A DNA stretch of 64,000 nt. It comes from Campylobacter gracilis. GTDB taxonomy: Bacteria > Campylobacterota > Campylobacteria > Campylobacterales > Campylobacteraceae. The notes beneath the pieces are model-generated. The model was not told where the DNA came from, did not search any database, and worked only from the letters and a program-made list of their open reading frames with translations. Below are positions 1 through 9,007 of this stretch, piece after piece. The position numbers were made by a program, and so were the translations under genes. Location of the stretch: contig NZ_JAHAFS010000009.1 in NCBI RefSeq assembly GCF_018374135.1, positions 12,193-76,192 of the forward strand. Direction: 5' to 3'. Each line of letters starts with the position of its first letter. The first letter of the stretch is position 1.

Positions 1-381
1 CAAACGATGTTTGGGGCAAAGACGATGCAGGTGCGAAGCTTTTATGAAAGCTCAGGGCTAAAGCTCGAGGATGCGCAGCTTGATAAATTTCCCGACGATT
101 TCATCGGGTACGAGTTGCAATATCTTTATTTTCTAAGTTTTAGCGCGCTAAAGGCGGAGGATGAAGCTAAATTTAACGAATTTTTGCGTAAAAAGGCGGA
201 ATTTATCGCCGCTCATCCGTCGCAGTGGTTTTGCAAATTTGCCGCTCGTTGCGATGAGCACGCAAATTTAGACGTTTGGAAGAACTTCGGGAGCTTTTTA
301 AATCTCTATCTAAATAGTGAGATGGATGCGCTGAAAAGGGCACTAAAAGATCCTGAAATTTTTAAAAATTTAAAGGAATGA
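1..381 (+). CDS. TorD/DmsD-family molybdoenzyme maturation chaperone. Only the C-terminal part is present; the ORF is open to the window start.
   Basis: The ORF is in frame from nt 1. The motif PDDFIGYELQYLYFLS resembles the PDDH(L/I)G..LEFL signature of TorD/NarJ-family chaperones. It overlaps the next gene by 4 nt, which suggests operon coupling. Confidence 0.55.
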   Translation, partial: QTMFGAKTMQVRSFYESSGLKLEDAQLDKFPDDFIGYELQYLYFLSFSALKAEDEAKFNEFLRKKAEFIAAHPSQWFCKFAARCDEHANLDVWKNFGSFLNLYLNSEMDALKRALKDPEIFKNLKE

Positions 382-1271
382 CGATGGTACAGACGACTTG
401 GGGATGGCTCATAGTCATCTATCTATTTTTGGGCGGTTTAGGCGCCGGGGCGTTTTTGTGCTCGGCTTTGGCTTACAAAGGCTTTTTGGGCTCATTAAAC
501 GAGAGGTTTTATAAGTTCGGCTTCCTGCTAGCACCCGTTGCGGTGATAATAGGAACTGCGCTTTTGCTATTTGACTTGGCGCCGAGTGCTGCGATAAATC
601 CTCTTAAAATTTTACAGCTCTACACGCGCCCGGTTTCAATGATGAGCATAGGTACTTATCTGCTTACGTTTTTCATCGTAGTTAGCATTTTGGTGCTTTT
701 GCAGATCAAAAAGAGCGGTAAAATTTGCGATATGATGCTCACGCTCGGAGCTATTTTGGCGCTTGGAGTGATGGGATATACGGGGCTACTGCTTTACGTC
801 GTAAAGGCGATCCCGCTTTGGGCTAGCGTGTGGCTGCCGATTTTATTTACGATCTCCGCGATCTCCACGGGGCTTAGCGCAAACGCCGCCGCTACATTAA
901 ATGCCGGGCACGGGCTAAGCCACTGCGCGCATAAATTTCACGTCGTGTTAGTCGCGCTTGAGATTGTTGCGGTGCTAGCGCTGTTTGCGAGCGTGAGAAG
1001 CGAGGCTGCGGGTATGGCGAGCGTAACCAAGATAGTCAGCGGCTCGCTTGCGCCGATGTTTTGGATAGGCTTTGTTGTTTTGGGGCTTATTATGCCGCTG
1101 CTTGGCGGAAGTAAATTTATGCTTCGCAGTTGCAGCGTAAATGCGGACGGTAGCGTCTGCGCGTACGGCGGCGAGGAAATAAAAAGCTGTGTTTATAACG
1201 AATACGGCGTACTTGTGGGCGGCTTTTGCCTAAGAGCGTTTATCGTACTCGGCGCAGTTTATATATTTTAA
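378..1271 (+). CDS. NrfD/PsrC-family polytopic membrane anchor subunit of a molybdo-oxidoreductase
   Basis: The N-terminal WGWLIVIYLFLGGLGAG matches the conserved W-W-I-YLF-GG-AG start of the NrfD family. The protein has multiple hydrophobic helices and lies in an operon with the TorD-like gene. Confidence 0.6.
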   Translation: MTMVQTTWGWLIVIYLFLGGLGAGAFLCSALAYKGFLGSLNERFYKFGFLLAPVAVIIGTALLLFDLAPSAAINPLKILQLYTRPVSMMSIGTYLLTFFIVVSILVLLQIKKSGKICDMMLTLGAILALGVMGYTGLLLYVVKAIPLWASVWLPILFTISAISTGLSANAAATLNAGHGLSHCAHKFHVVLVALEIVAVLALFASVRSEAAGMASVTKIVSGSLAPMFWIGFVVLGLIMPLLGGSKFMLRSCSVNADGSVCAYGGEEIKSCVYNEYGVLVGGFCLRAFIVLGAVYIF

Positions 1272-1289
1272 CTCCTCCTTTCTGATACT

Positions 1290-1322
1290 GGTCGGGCGCC
1301 CGCCCGACCTATTATTTACTTA
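1290..1322 (+). terminator. Rho-independent terminator candidate downstream of the membrane-anchor gene
   Basis: GGTCGGGCG-cc-CGCCCGACC is a perfect 9-bp GC-rich inverted repeat. It is followed by TATTATTTACTT, a T-rich tail. Confidence 0.6.
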
Positions 1323-1682
1323 AATTCTAATCTAAAATTTCATAATACTTATAATCCATTTGCCCTAAATTCCACTATTTTACCGCCACGCAGGCACAAG
1401 CACACGCTATGCTTATAGATCGTCGCGATTAAGTCTGGGGGTTTTGACGGTAGAAGCTAAGCGCCTCTATAGGCGTCTGAACTGCCAGTAGGCGGGATAT
1501 AGCTCGTCCGCGATCTTTGCGGCGTCTTTTAAAATTTTATCTACTTCGTCCATGCCCGCTCCTTCAAATTTATGCAGATTACACTTACATTTGCACGATT
1601 AGACAAGGAATTTGGACTATCATGTTACCGCAAAATTTTAAAAAAGGCTATAATTTAGCCAACTTTATTTAAAGGAGAGAAG

Positions 1683-2828
1683 ATGACAAATTTTAGTTTT
1701 TGTAACCCCGTGAGGATAGAATTCGGCAAGGATAAAGAAAAACATATCGGGCAGTACATGAAGGAAGTGGGTGCGAGAAAGGCTCTCGTGTTGTACGGCA
1801 GCGAGCGCGTGCGAAAGAGCGGTCTGATGGACGTCGTGGAGAGCAGCTTAAAGGCAAACGGTATAGAATTTGCGCAGCTTGGCGGCATAAAATCAAATCC
1901 TGTGCTAAGCAAGGTAAACGAAGCGATCAAGCTCGCCAAAGAATTTGGCGCAGATAGCGTGCTTGCTGTAGGTGGCGGAAGCGTACTGGACTCCGCAAAA
2001 GCCGTAGCCGCGGGCGCCTGCTACGAGGGCGACGTGTGGGATTTTTTCACCGGTAAAAGTCCGAGCGTTGCGTTTAAAATTTTTGACATCATCACCCTTG
2101 CCGCAACGGGCTCGGAGATGAACTGCGGCGGCGTAGTGACCAAGGAGCAGACCAAACAAAAATACGCGATCAGCGCGCCGTGTCTATACCCGAAGGTCTC
2201 GGTCATAAATCCGCAGCTGCAAGTAACCGTCAGCCGCGAGTATCTCGTATATAGCGCGAGCGACATCATCGCGCACAGCATCGAGGGATATTTTACCGCT
2301 AGCGTCCATCCGGACATCGTACGAGCCTATATCGAAGCCAATATCAAAACCGTCATCCGTACGACCGAAGCTTTGCTTGCAGATCCGAACGATTACGACG
2401 CGCGCGCCGAGTTTGCGTGGGCTGCGACGATGGCGCTAAACGGACTAACTTACGTGGGCGTGGGCGGCTTCGGCTATCCGAATCATATGATCGAGCATGC
2501 GATGAGCGCGGTCGTGGACTGCGCGCACGGAGCCGGTCTTAGCGTGGTAATGCCTGCGTGGATGAGGTGGTATAAGGATAGGAATTTAAGCGCGTTTGAG
2601 CGTTTTGCTCGTGAAATTTTTAACCTTAAAAGCGCGAATGAAGGCACCCTGGCACTTAAAGCATGGTTTGATAAGATCGGCACGCCTACTAGCCTCGCGC
2701 AGCTAGGCATCGAAGGCAAGGTGCTAGATGAGGTCATAGACGTAGCCGCGACAAACGCTAAAGCGTGGAATATGGCGGAGCTCTACAGCCGCGAAAATAT
2801 CGCTAAAATTTTAGATTTTGCAAAATAG
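1683..2828 (+). CDS. Iron-containing (group III) alcohol dehydrogenase, butanol dehydrogenase/YqhD-like
   Basis: 381 aa. VLYGSERV...GGGSVLDSAK is the GGGS NAD-binding motif, and the conserved His residues (HSIEGY, HAMSAV) belong to the Fe-ADH family. An AAAGGAGAGAAG ribosome-binding site lies upstream. Confidence 0.85.
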   Translation: MTNFSFCNPVRIEFGKDKEKHIGQYMKEVGARKALVLYGSERVRKSGLMDVVESSLKANGIEFAQLGGIKSNPVLSKVNEAIKLAKEFGADSVLAVGGGSVLDSAKAVAAGACYEGDVWDFFTGKSPSVAFKIFDIITLAATGSEMNCGGVVTKEQTKQKYAISAPCLYPKVSVINPQLQVTVSREYLVYSASDIIAHSIEGYFTASVHPDIVRAYIEANIKTVIRTTEALLADPNDYDARAEFAWAATMALNGLTYVGVGGFGYPNHMIEHAMSAVVDCAHGAGLSVVMPAWMRWYKDRNLSAFERFAREIFNLKSANEGTLALKAWFDKIGTPTSLAQLGIEGKVLDEVIDVAATNAKAWNMAELYSRENIAKILDFAK

Positions 2829-3693
2829 GGCGCGAGCTCATAGATAAAATTTAAACCGAAGGGGCGAGCGATCACCATTTTCCGAAAAAGCAGGCGGCAG
2901 TGTGGGCGCGCTAGAGATTCCCTTTCTAAAAAAACAAGCGGCTGCGCGGATAGCGAGATGATCGTTTTGCATCTCTTAAGTCCGCGGGGCTCGCTGTAAG
3001 AGGGCAGAGGCGATAGTGGCGCGTCTAAATTTAAAGCGCAGACGACTGCGGATCGAGCGTGAAATTTAGCTATGTTTGGAAGGGTAAATTTTGCCACATA
3101 ATACTTGCGCCGAATTTGATGCGCAAATCTCGCAATAAATTTTACTCCGGCGAGAAGTTTTATCGCGTTTAATGGCTTTGTTTAAATGCTCTTATCCCAC
3201 GCTATCTAAAATTCGCTCGTTAAATTTTAATCTCGGCTTTATATTTGCGATTGCGAAATTTGCTTTTGCGTGCCGCTGCGCATTTAAATTTACCCCTCGA
3301 TGCTAAGCAGATCGCCGAAAATTTCTTTACAATACTGAATGAAGCGCTTGGGAATTTTGACGCCGCAGATATCCACGGCGATGACGCTGTCTTGGACTTC
3401 AAAAACGATAAGCTCGCTAAGTGATTTTTACTGCTTTGCAGCCGTTATAGCATACGTCGCCTACAACTTGGCGTATAAGCCGTTATGCGGTGCGTCTGCG
3501 TCCTCATATCGCCCGAGTCTGATTGGTCTTTGGAAAAGCAGATAGTTCTTATAGTCTTACTTGTCGTCCGCAAGGCCTATCATATAATAATTCTCGGCGC
3601 TGTTTTTGGAAGCGGTAGCAATACCTGCTTTAAAATTTAGTCTAAACATAAATTCTGCTTTGGCAAAAAGGGGCAAATTTTACCGCTTCAAAT

Positions 3694-4677
3694 TTACACG
3701 AGCTGCACGCCCCCACCTTTTACGACCTCGCCGATAACGTAACCGTCGGTATTTGCCAGTACGAAGTCCGCATTTTCTTTTGGAGCCACTATGATCATAC
3801 CAACGCCCATATTAAACGTTCTCATCATCTCTGCGGGCTCCACCTTTTGCGCGATGATTTTAAATATCTCTGGCGTGCGGATCGCGGCGTGCTTGATCTT
3901 CGCACCCAGCCCCTCGGGGAATACGCGCGGCAGATTTTCCACGATGCCTCCGCCCGTGATGTGCGCAAGCGCGTGGATCTTGTCTTTTAAATTTAAAAAG
4001 TCGCCGACGTAAATTCTTGTAGGCTCCAAAAGTACGTCGATGAGCGCGCGACCGCCGATTTTCTCGTCAAATTTCAGCCCTAGCTCGGCGATCACTTTGC
4101 GCGCGAGCGAGAAGCCGTTTGAGTGCAGTCCGCTGCTAGGAATCGCGATGAGTACGTCGCCCTCGCGGACAAATTTGGAGCGGTCGGTCTCGTCCTCCTC
4201 GGCGATACCCACAGCAAAGCCCGCGAGGTCGAAGTCGCCCTTTTCATACATCGAGGGCATCTCCGCCGTCTCACCGCCGATAAGCGCGCAGCGCGCGAGT
4301 TTGCAGCCCTCGGCGATGCTTTTTACGACCTCTTTGGCATCCGCGATCTCGAGTTTCGCCGTCGCGTAGTAGTCGAGGAAAAATAGCGGCTCGGCGAAGT
4401 TGCAGATGAGATCATTCACGCACATCGCGACGAGATCCTGTCCCACGCCGTCAAATTTGCGCGCGTCGATCGCAAGTCGCAGCTTTGTGCCCACGCCGTC
4501 GGTAGCGCCTAGGATAGCTGGCTTTTTGTAGCCTGCGGGCAGACTTACCGCACCCGAAAATGAGCCGATACCGCCCAAAACGTGCGGAGTTTGCGTCGCT
4601 TTAACGAACGGTTTTATCGCGTTTACGAAGTCATTTCCCGCGTCTATATCGACGCCCGCGTCTTTGTAGCTTATCAA
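3694..4677 (-). CDS. purM: Phosphoribosylformylglycinamidine cyclo-ligase (AIR synthetase)
   Basis: The N-terminus MISYKDAGVDIDAGN and the DGVGTK and GGETAEMP motifs are typical of PurM. Length is 327 aa. Confidence 0.93.
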   Translation of the reverse strand: MISYKDAGVDIDAGNDFVNAIKPFVKATQTPHVLGGIGSFSGAVSLPAGYKKPAILGATDGVGTKLRLAIDARKFDGVGQDLVAMCVNDLICNFAEPLFFLDYYATAKLEIADAKEVVKSIAEGCKLARCALIGGETAEMPSMYEKGDFDLAGFAVGIAEEDETDRSKFVREGDVLIAIPSSGLHSNGFSLARKVIAELGLKFDEKIGGRALIDVLLEPTRIYVGDFLNLKDKIHALAHITGGGIVENLPRVFPEGLGAKIKHAAIRTPEIFKIIAQKVEPAEMMRTFNMGVGMIIVAPKENADFVLANTDGYVIGEVVKGGGVQLV

Positions 4678-4750
4678 ATTTTATCCTCCAAGATGGTATA
4701 ATTTCGCAGATTTTAGCTAAAATCGAATAAAAACGCTATAAAGGCTCACC

Positions 4751-5425
4751 TTGAAATTTAAACACGCCGTCGTCATTACAGGCAGCATCGGTAGCGGTAA
4801 GAGCGCGGTTTGCGAGCTGCTTCGTGATCGCAGATTTGAGATCATCGATGCCGATAAGATTTCGCACTGCGTCCTTGATCACTGTGCTGCACAGGTAGCT
4901 GAAATTTTCGGCGTGCAATATGTCGTGCAAAAAGACGCGCAGGCTGAAAATTTGAGTTCACATGCGGAATTTGACGTCAATCCTGGAGAGGAAATTTTAT
5001 CCACCCCCTGCGCTTCAGTGGATCGCAAAAAACTAGGCGAGCTAGTGTTTAAAGATCCCGCGGAGCTTGCAAAGCTCGAAGCGCTACTGCATCCAAAGAT
5101 AACGGCTGAAATTTTATCGCAGGCGCAGGCTTTGGAGACAAAAGGAAAGCTTTTTTTTGTAGATATTCCGCTGTTTTTTGAGGGCAAGAGGTATGAGTTT
5201 TTTGATAAAGTAGCGGTCGTTTATGCGCCTAAAGATACGCTAATCGCGCGCGTGATGAGGCGAAACGGGCTGGATCATGCCGCCGCAAAGCACCGCGTGG
5301 AGCTGCAGATGGATATAGAGCAAAAGCGCGCCATGGCGGATTTTGTGATAGATAATAGAGGCGATCTTGCCGCGCTTAAGGCCGCAGTGGAGAGATTTTT
5401 AAAAGAGTTAAAAGATAAAATTTAG
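4751..5425 (+). CDS. coaE: Dephospho-CoA kinase
   Basis: VVITGSIGSGKS is a Walker A motif near the N-terminus, and the protein is about 220 aa. It appears to start on TTG. It is divergent from purM. Confidence 0.8.
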   Translation: MKFKHAVVITGSIGSGKSAVCELLRDRRFEIIDADKISHCVLDHCAAQVAEIFGVQYVVQKDAQAENLSSHAEFDVNPGEEILSTPCASVDRKKLGELVFKDPAELAKLEALLHPKITAEILSQAQALETKGKLFFVDIPLFFEGKRYEFFDKVAVVYAPKDTLIARVMRRNGLDHAAAKHRVELQMDIEQKRAMADFVIDNRGDLAALKAAVERFLKELKDKI

Positions 5426-5489
5426 CCCTTTGCGCGAGAGCTCGTAAAATTTCTACGCGAATTAAGATGAGACTAAAAATAAAGGAGAG

Positions 5490-6413
5490 ATGATGGGGAT
5501 CGGTAGCCGCGTCCAAAAGGGCGCTAAATTTCAAAATTTTAAAAGCACGCCGTTTAAAGAGCGGTTGAAATTTACGGCGCGAGCGGTTTTGCTATCCGCG
5601 CTGTTTGCGACGGGCGCTGCGGCGGAGATCGACGATCTAAGAAAGGGCTGCGCCGCGGGGAGCGAGATGGATTGTAAAAAACTAAACCGCGTGATAAATG
5701 AGCTGCGGCGCAACTGCGACGCGGGCGGCGAGGAAAATGCACTGGATTGTGCAAATTTAGGCTATGCATACGACTCAAATAGAAGCTTCAGGCAGGCCGC
5801 GCGCTATTACGACAGGGCGTGCAAGCTCGGCGAGCAGAAGGGCTGCGTCTATTTAGGGCTGCTCTACAACGACGGGCAGGGGGTGGCGCAGGATCGCAAG
5901 AGGGCGAATGAGCTTTTTAGCGATGCTTGCAAGAAAAACAGCAGCGAGGGGTGCGCTAGCCTCGCATACAACTATAAAAAGGGGCTCGGCGTCTATCCCG
6001 ACGTGAAAAAGGCGATCGAGCTTTTGATCAAGGCTTGCAAGATGGGGCAGGTAGAGGCGTGCCATAACCTAGGGCTTAGCTATGTTCTCGGCGAAGGCGT
6101 GAAAAAGGACGCGGACAGGGCTAGGACATTTTTTACGAGGGCTTGCGAGCAAGGACATGTGGATTCGTGCGTAAATTTAGGCGTTACGTATTTTAAAGGC
6201 GACGGCGGGCAAAAGGATCATGCGCTTGCTGCGAGGTATTTTAGCGAGGCGTGCGAGAAAAGCGACGAGCCGCTAGCCTGCTCAAATTTAGCGTATCAAT
6301 ACGAAAAGGGCTGGGGCGTAGCGAAAGATAAAAAGAGGGCGCGCGAGCTTTATGAAAAGGCTTGCAAGCTCGGAAAATTTGATGCTTGTGAGCATTTAGA
6401 GACTATGAGGTAG
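5490..6413 (+). CDS. Sel1-like repeat protein with paired cysteines (Helicobacter cysteine-rich protein / HcpA-like), secreted
   Basis: The N-terminus is signal-like. About seven 36-aa repeats follow, each with C...G(C/Y)..LG..Y..G.GV..D...A..(F/Y)...AC and conserved Cys pairs. Confidence 0.8.
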   Translation: MMGIGSRVQKGAKFQNFKSTPFKERLKFTARAVLLSALFATGAAAEIDDLRKGCAAGSEMDCKKLNRVINELRRNCDAGGEENALDCANLGYAYDSNRSFRQAARYYDRACKLGEQKGCVYLGLLYNDGQGVAQDRKRANELFSDACKKNSSEGCASLAYNYKKGLGVYPDVKKAIELLIKACKMGQVEACHNLGLSYVLGEGVKKDADRARTFFTRACEQGHVDSCVNLGVTYFKGDGGQKDHALAARYFSEACEKSDEPLACSNLAYQYEKGWGVAKDKKRARELYEKACKLGKFDACEHLETMR

Positions 6414-6590
6414 GCCCTAACATCCATTATGAAAAACGCATAACAAAATGGGCTCACGAAAGAAGATACGTTAGTAAATTGAGTCTTAGTAAAGCCTAGG
6501 AATAAGCGATACGTTTAAATTTAGATATAAGTAAAATTTTAATAAAGCGTTAGTGAGCGTTAGTAATTTTAAAAATTTGCGAGGTAGATA

Positions 6591-7469
6591 ATGAAAATTT
6601 CAAAATATAATGCGAGCGGAAATGATTTCGTAATATTTACGGATTCAGTTAAGGCGGATAGATCCAAGCTAGCGCGCGAGCTATGTGATAGGCGCGATGG
6701 AGTAGGCGCCGACGGGCTCATCGTCGTGCTACCGAAATTTAACGGTATCGAGGGGATAAATTTCGAGTGGGAATTTTACAATAGCGACGGCAGTAGCGCC
6801 GATATGTGCGGCAACGGCTCGCGCGCGGTATGCATGTATGCGTATGAGAATTTTTTGGCCGCGCAGAGCATGAAATTCCTAAGCGGCGCAGGCGTAATTA
6901 GCGGCGAAATTTTCGGTATTTTCGGCGGAAATTTGAGCGAGAGCATGCGCGGTGAGCTACGCAATGTAAGCTTTGGCGAGATTTTCAATCTTCGCCCTAA
7001 CGCTCACGCGTTAGTAGCTAATGTCGAGGTAATGTTAACTCATCCTAAGCGCCTTGGCGAGAGCTTTGAGGAGGCAGGGCTAACGTGGTATTTTTATAAC
7101 ACAGGAGTGCCGCATTTGGTAACTTTTGTTAGTGATTTAAATGAGTTCGACGCCGCGCTGGCCCGCGACCTGCGCGAAAAGTATAATGCTAACGTTAATT
7201 ATGCGTTAGTTCAAAGTCGCCTCGCAAGCAAAATTTTAAAGGTGCGCACCTTTGAGCGTGGCGTAGAGGCAGAAACTCTCGCATGCGGTACGGGGATGGC
7301 AGCATGCTTCATCGCAGGCGTCGAAAATATGGGGCTAGCTCCCGACATCCGCGTGATACCTGCAAGCGGCGAAATGCTAAATTTGCGCTTAGGAGATGGA
7401 GGTAAAATTTACTTTCGCGGCGACGTTAGACATACTTTCGATGGCGAATTTATCGGATACGTGGAGTAA
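6591..7469 (+). CDS. dapF: Diaminopimelate epimerase
   Basis: The N-terminus MKISKYNASGNDFVIF carries the SGNDF motif. The catalytic Cys motifs are CGNGSRA and LACGTGMAA. Length is 292 aa. Confidence 0.92.
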   Translation: MKISKYNASGNDFVIFTDSVKADRSKLARELCDRRDGVGADGLIVVLPKFNGIEGINFEWEFYNSDGSSADMCGNGSRAVCMYAYENFLAAQSMKFLSGAGVISGEIFGIFGGNLSESMRGELRNVSFGEIFNLRPNAHALVANVEVMLTHPKRLGESFEEAGLTWYFYNTGVPHLVTFVSDLNEFDAALARDLREKYNANVNYALVQSRLASKILKVRTFERGVEAETLACGTGMAACFIAGVENMGLAPDIRVIPASGEMLNLRLGDGGKIYFRGDVRHTFDGEFIGYVE

Positions 7470-7779
7470 GCAGGGCGGAATTTCGAGCCGGTTTGCGCGA
7501 GAATCCGTAAAATTTTTGAGTGCGATTTATACAAAATTTCGCTTTTCGCTACGTTTGATAAAATAATATATTTGCAATACAGCATTGGAATTTTAAAATT
7601 TTATGATGATGAAATTTTAAAATTTACAGGGCATGGTTTGCGTGATAATTTTAGTTTTGAGGTAAAATTTGGCGCTTCACTGCAAAATTTAATTCCAAAT
7701 TTCGGAATTTTATGAAATAAAATTTTAAGATTTTAGCATGCGGAATTTTGCTACTAAATTTAAAATTTTTGCTTGAATT

Positions 7780-8130
7780 TCATATTTGTATCGCATTAAT
7801 TTGGACTTTTGTGGAATTTAGCATTATAAATTTACGCTCTAGCCCGCTCATTCGGTTTATAATTTTTGCTGCCGCCGCAAAAATTCCGTCGTGTTCGCAC
7901 GAGTGAAATTCTGTCGTATTTGCACGAGCTAAATCCGCCACTAATAGCAGAAAGTGCGACATCAAGTGCAAATCCTCGGCGCGGATAAAATCTATCATTG
8001 ACGATAAAGGCTGGATTTGTAGATGCGGCAATTCTTGAAGCGCGGTAGAATTCACTAATGACGATAAAAGCATAGTGTAGTTACGGCGAAATTTAAAATT
8101 TGCGCCCGCCGAATTTCGCCGCGCCGTCAT
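7780..8130 (-). CDS. Hypothetical 116-aa protein in an AT-rich region
   Basis: This is only an ORF with no recognisable motif. It is on the same strand as, and downstream of, the micropeptide pair and the ATPase. Confidence 0.25.
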   Translation of the reverse strand: MTARRNSAGANFKFRRNYTMLLSSLVNSTALQELPHLQIQPLSSMIDFIRAEDLHLMSHFLLLVADLARANTTEFHSCEHDGIFAAAAKIINRMSGLERKFIMLNSTKVQINAIQI

Positions 8131-8176
8131 TTTGTCGTTTAAATTTTAAATTCCATCCGCGTCGGTTTCGTCGAAA

Positions 8177-8323
8177 CTAGGCATAAAGCCTGATGATTAA
8201 CTCTCTGGCGAGCGCTAAAATCACGACGAAGATTGTAAATTTTAATAAAGATTTTTGTCGCATCGTGGCGAGCATAGCGATGCCGAATAAAACGAGCGCA
8301 ATATCTAAAAATGTATCTTTCAT
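8177..8323 (-). CDS. Small hydrophobic peptide (48 aa, single predicted transmembrane helix)
   Basis: I translated this by hand: MKDTFLDIALVLFGIAMLATMRQKSLLKFTIFVVILALARELIIRLYA. Its ATG overlaps the stop of the upstream micropeptide in an ATGA configuration. It is not in the ORF track because it is shorter than 60 aa. Confidence 0.35.
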   Translation of the reverse strand: MKDTFLDIALVLFGIAMLATMRQKSLLKFTIFVVILALARELIIRLYA

Positions 8324-8484
8324 ACGCTTAATTGAAATTTAATCAAAATGCTAAGTATGATAAGAAGTATTATAAAGCGCAAGATTGAGCGCATGGAGGA
8401 TAGATCACCAAATTCTTTGTCATATTCCTTTTTTACCTCCCACTCAGCTTTCCATGCGAACATTTTTACTATAAAATCTAGCAT
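8320..8484 (-). CDS. Small peptide (54 aa) with a charged N-terminal half and a hydrophobic C-terminal helix
   Basis: I translated this by hand: MLDFIVKMFAWKAEWEVKKEYDKEFGDLSSMRSILRFIILLIILSILIKFQLSV. A GGAG ribosome-binding site lies 6 nt upstream of the ATG. It is translationally coupled to the next peptide by the ATGA overlap. Confidence 0.35.
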   Translation of the reverse strand: MLDFIVKMFAWKAEWEVKKEYDKEFGDLSSMRSILRFIILLIILSILIKFQLSV

Positions 8485-8588
8485 TTTCATCTCCTTTTTA
8501 AGGCTAGTCGCATAAAAACGAAATTTTGTCGCTCCACGTGAAATTAAAGAATTCTATCTAATTGGCGCTTAAAATTTTTAATTTTGAA

Positions 8589-8924
8589 CTATTTGTCGGC
8601 GTTTTGGACGAGCGCTTTTTCGTATTTTTCGATAAAGCTTCGCCCCTTATCGCAGAGGTGGTAGATGAAAATTTTCGACGCCTTGCCTGCATCAAGCCCC
8701 GTATCCTTAATGCTTTCGCGCTGCAGATAGCCCCAGTTTTTATGAATTATGTCAAGAGTCGATTTGATCGAGGTGTAGTTGCGCCCACTCGCAGCTGCGA
8801 ATTCGTTCACGGGCCTCATAAACTCCGCATCGCTTTGCTTATTGCGACATAAAAGCCCATCTTCGCCTTGCGATTCGACCAGTTTTAGCGTTTCATAAAT
8901 GAGTTTATCTTTTAATTTGATCAT
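8589..8924 (-). CDS. Small putative winged-helix DNA-binding protein
   Basis: 111 aa starting at the internal ATG (MIKLKD), which is preceded by AAGGGAAAG. The stretch NEFAAASGRNYTSIKSTLDIIHKNWGYL looks like a helix-turn-helix followed by a wing. It lies immediately downstream of the ATPase on the same strand. Confidence 0.4.
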   Translation of the reverse strand: MIKLKDKLIYETLKLVESQGEDGLLCRNKQSDAEFMRPVNEFAAASGRNYTSIKSTLDIIHKNWGYLQRESIKDTGLDAGKASKIFIYHLCDKGRSFIEKYEKALVQNADK

Positions 8925-9007
8925 CGGCTTTCCCTTATGTAATTGATATGGGTTTACCAAAATTATATCATAAAATTTGTATTTTTATGATATGAGATGT
9001 CAATAAA

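Noticed and set aside
3290-3420. Short frame (…VFEVQDSVIAVDICGVKIPKRFIQYCKEIFGDLLSIEG) on the minus strand in the adh-purM gap
   Set aside because: There is no start codon or ribosome-binding site, and the frame is only about 40 codons long. At most it is a remnant of a decayed gene.
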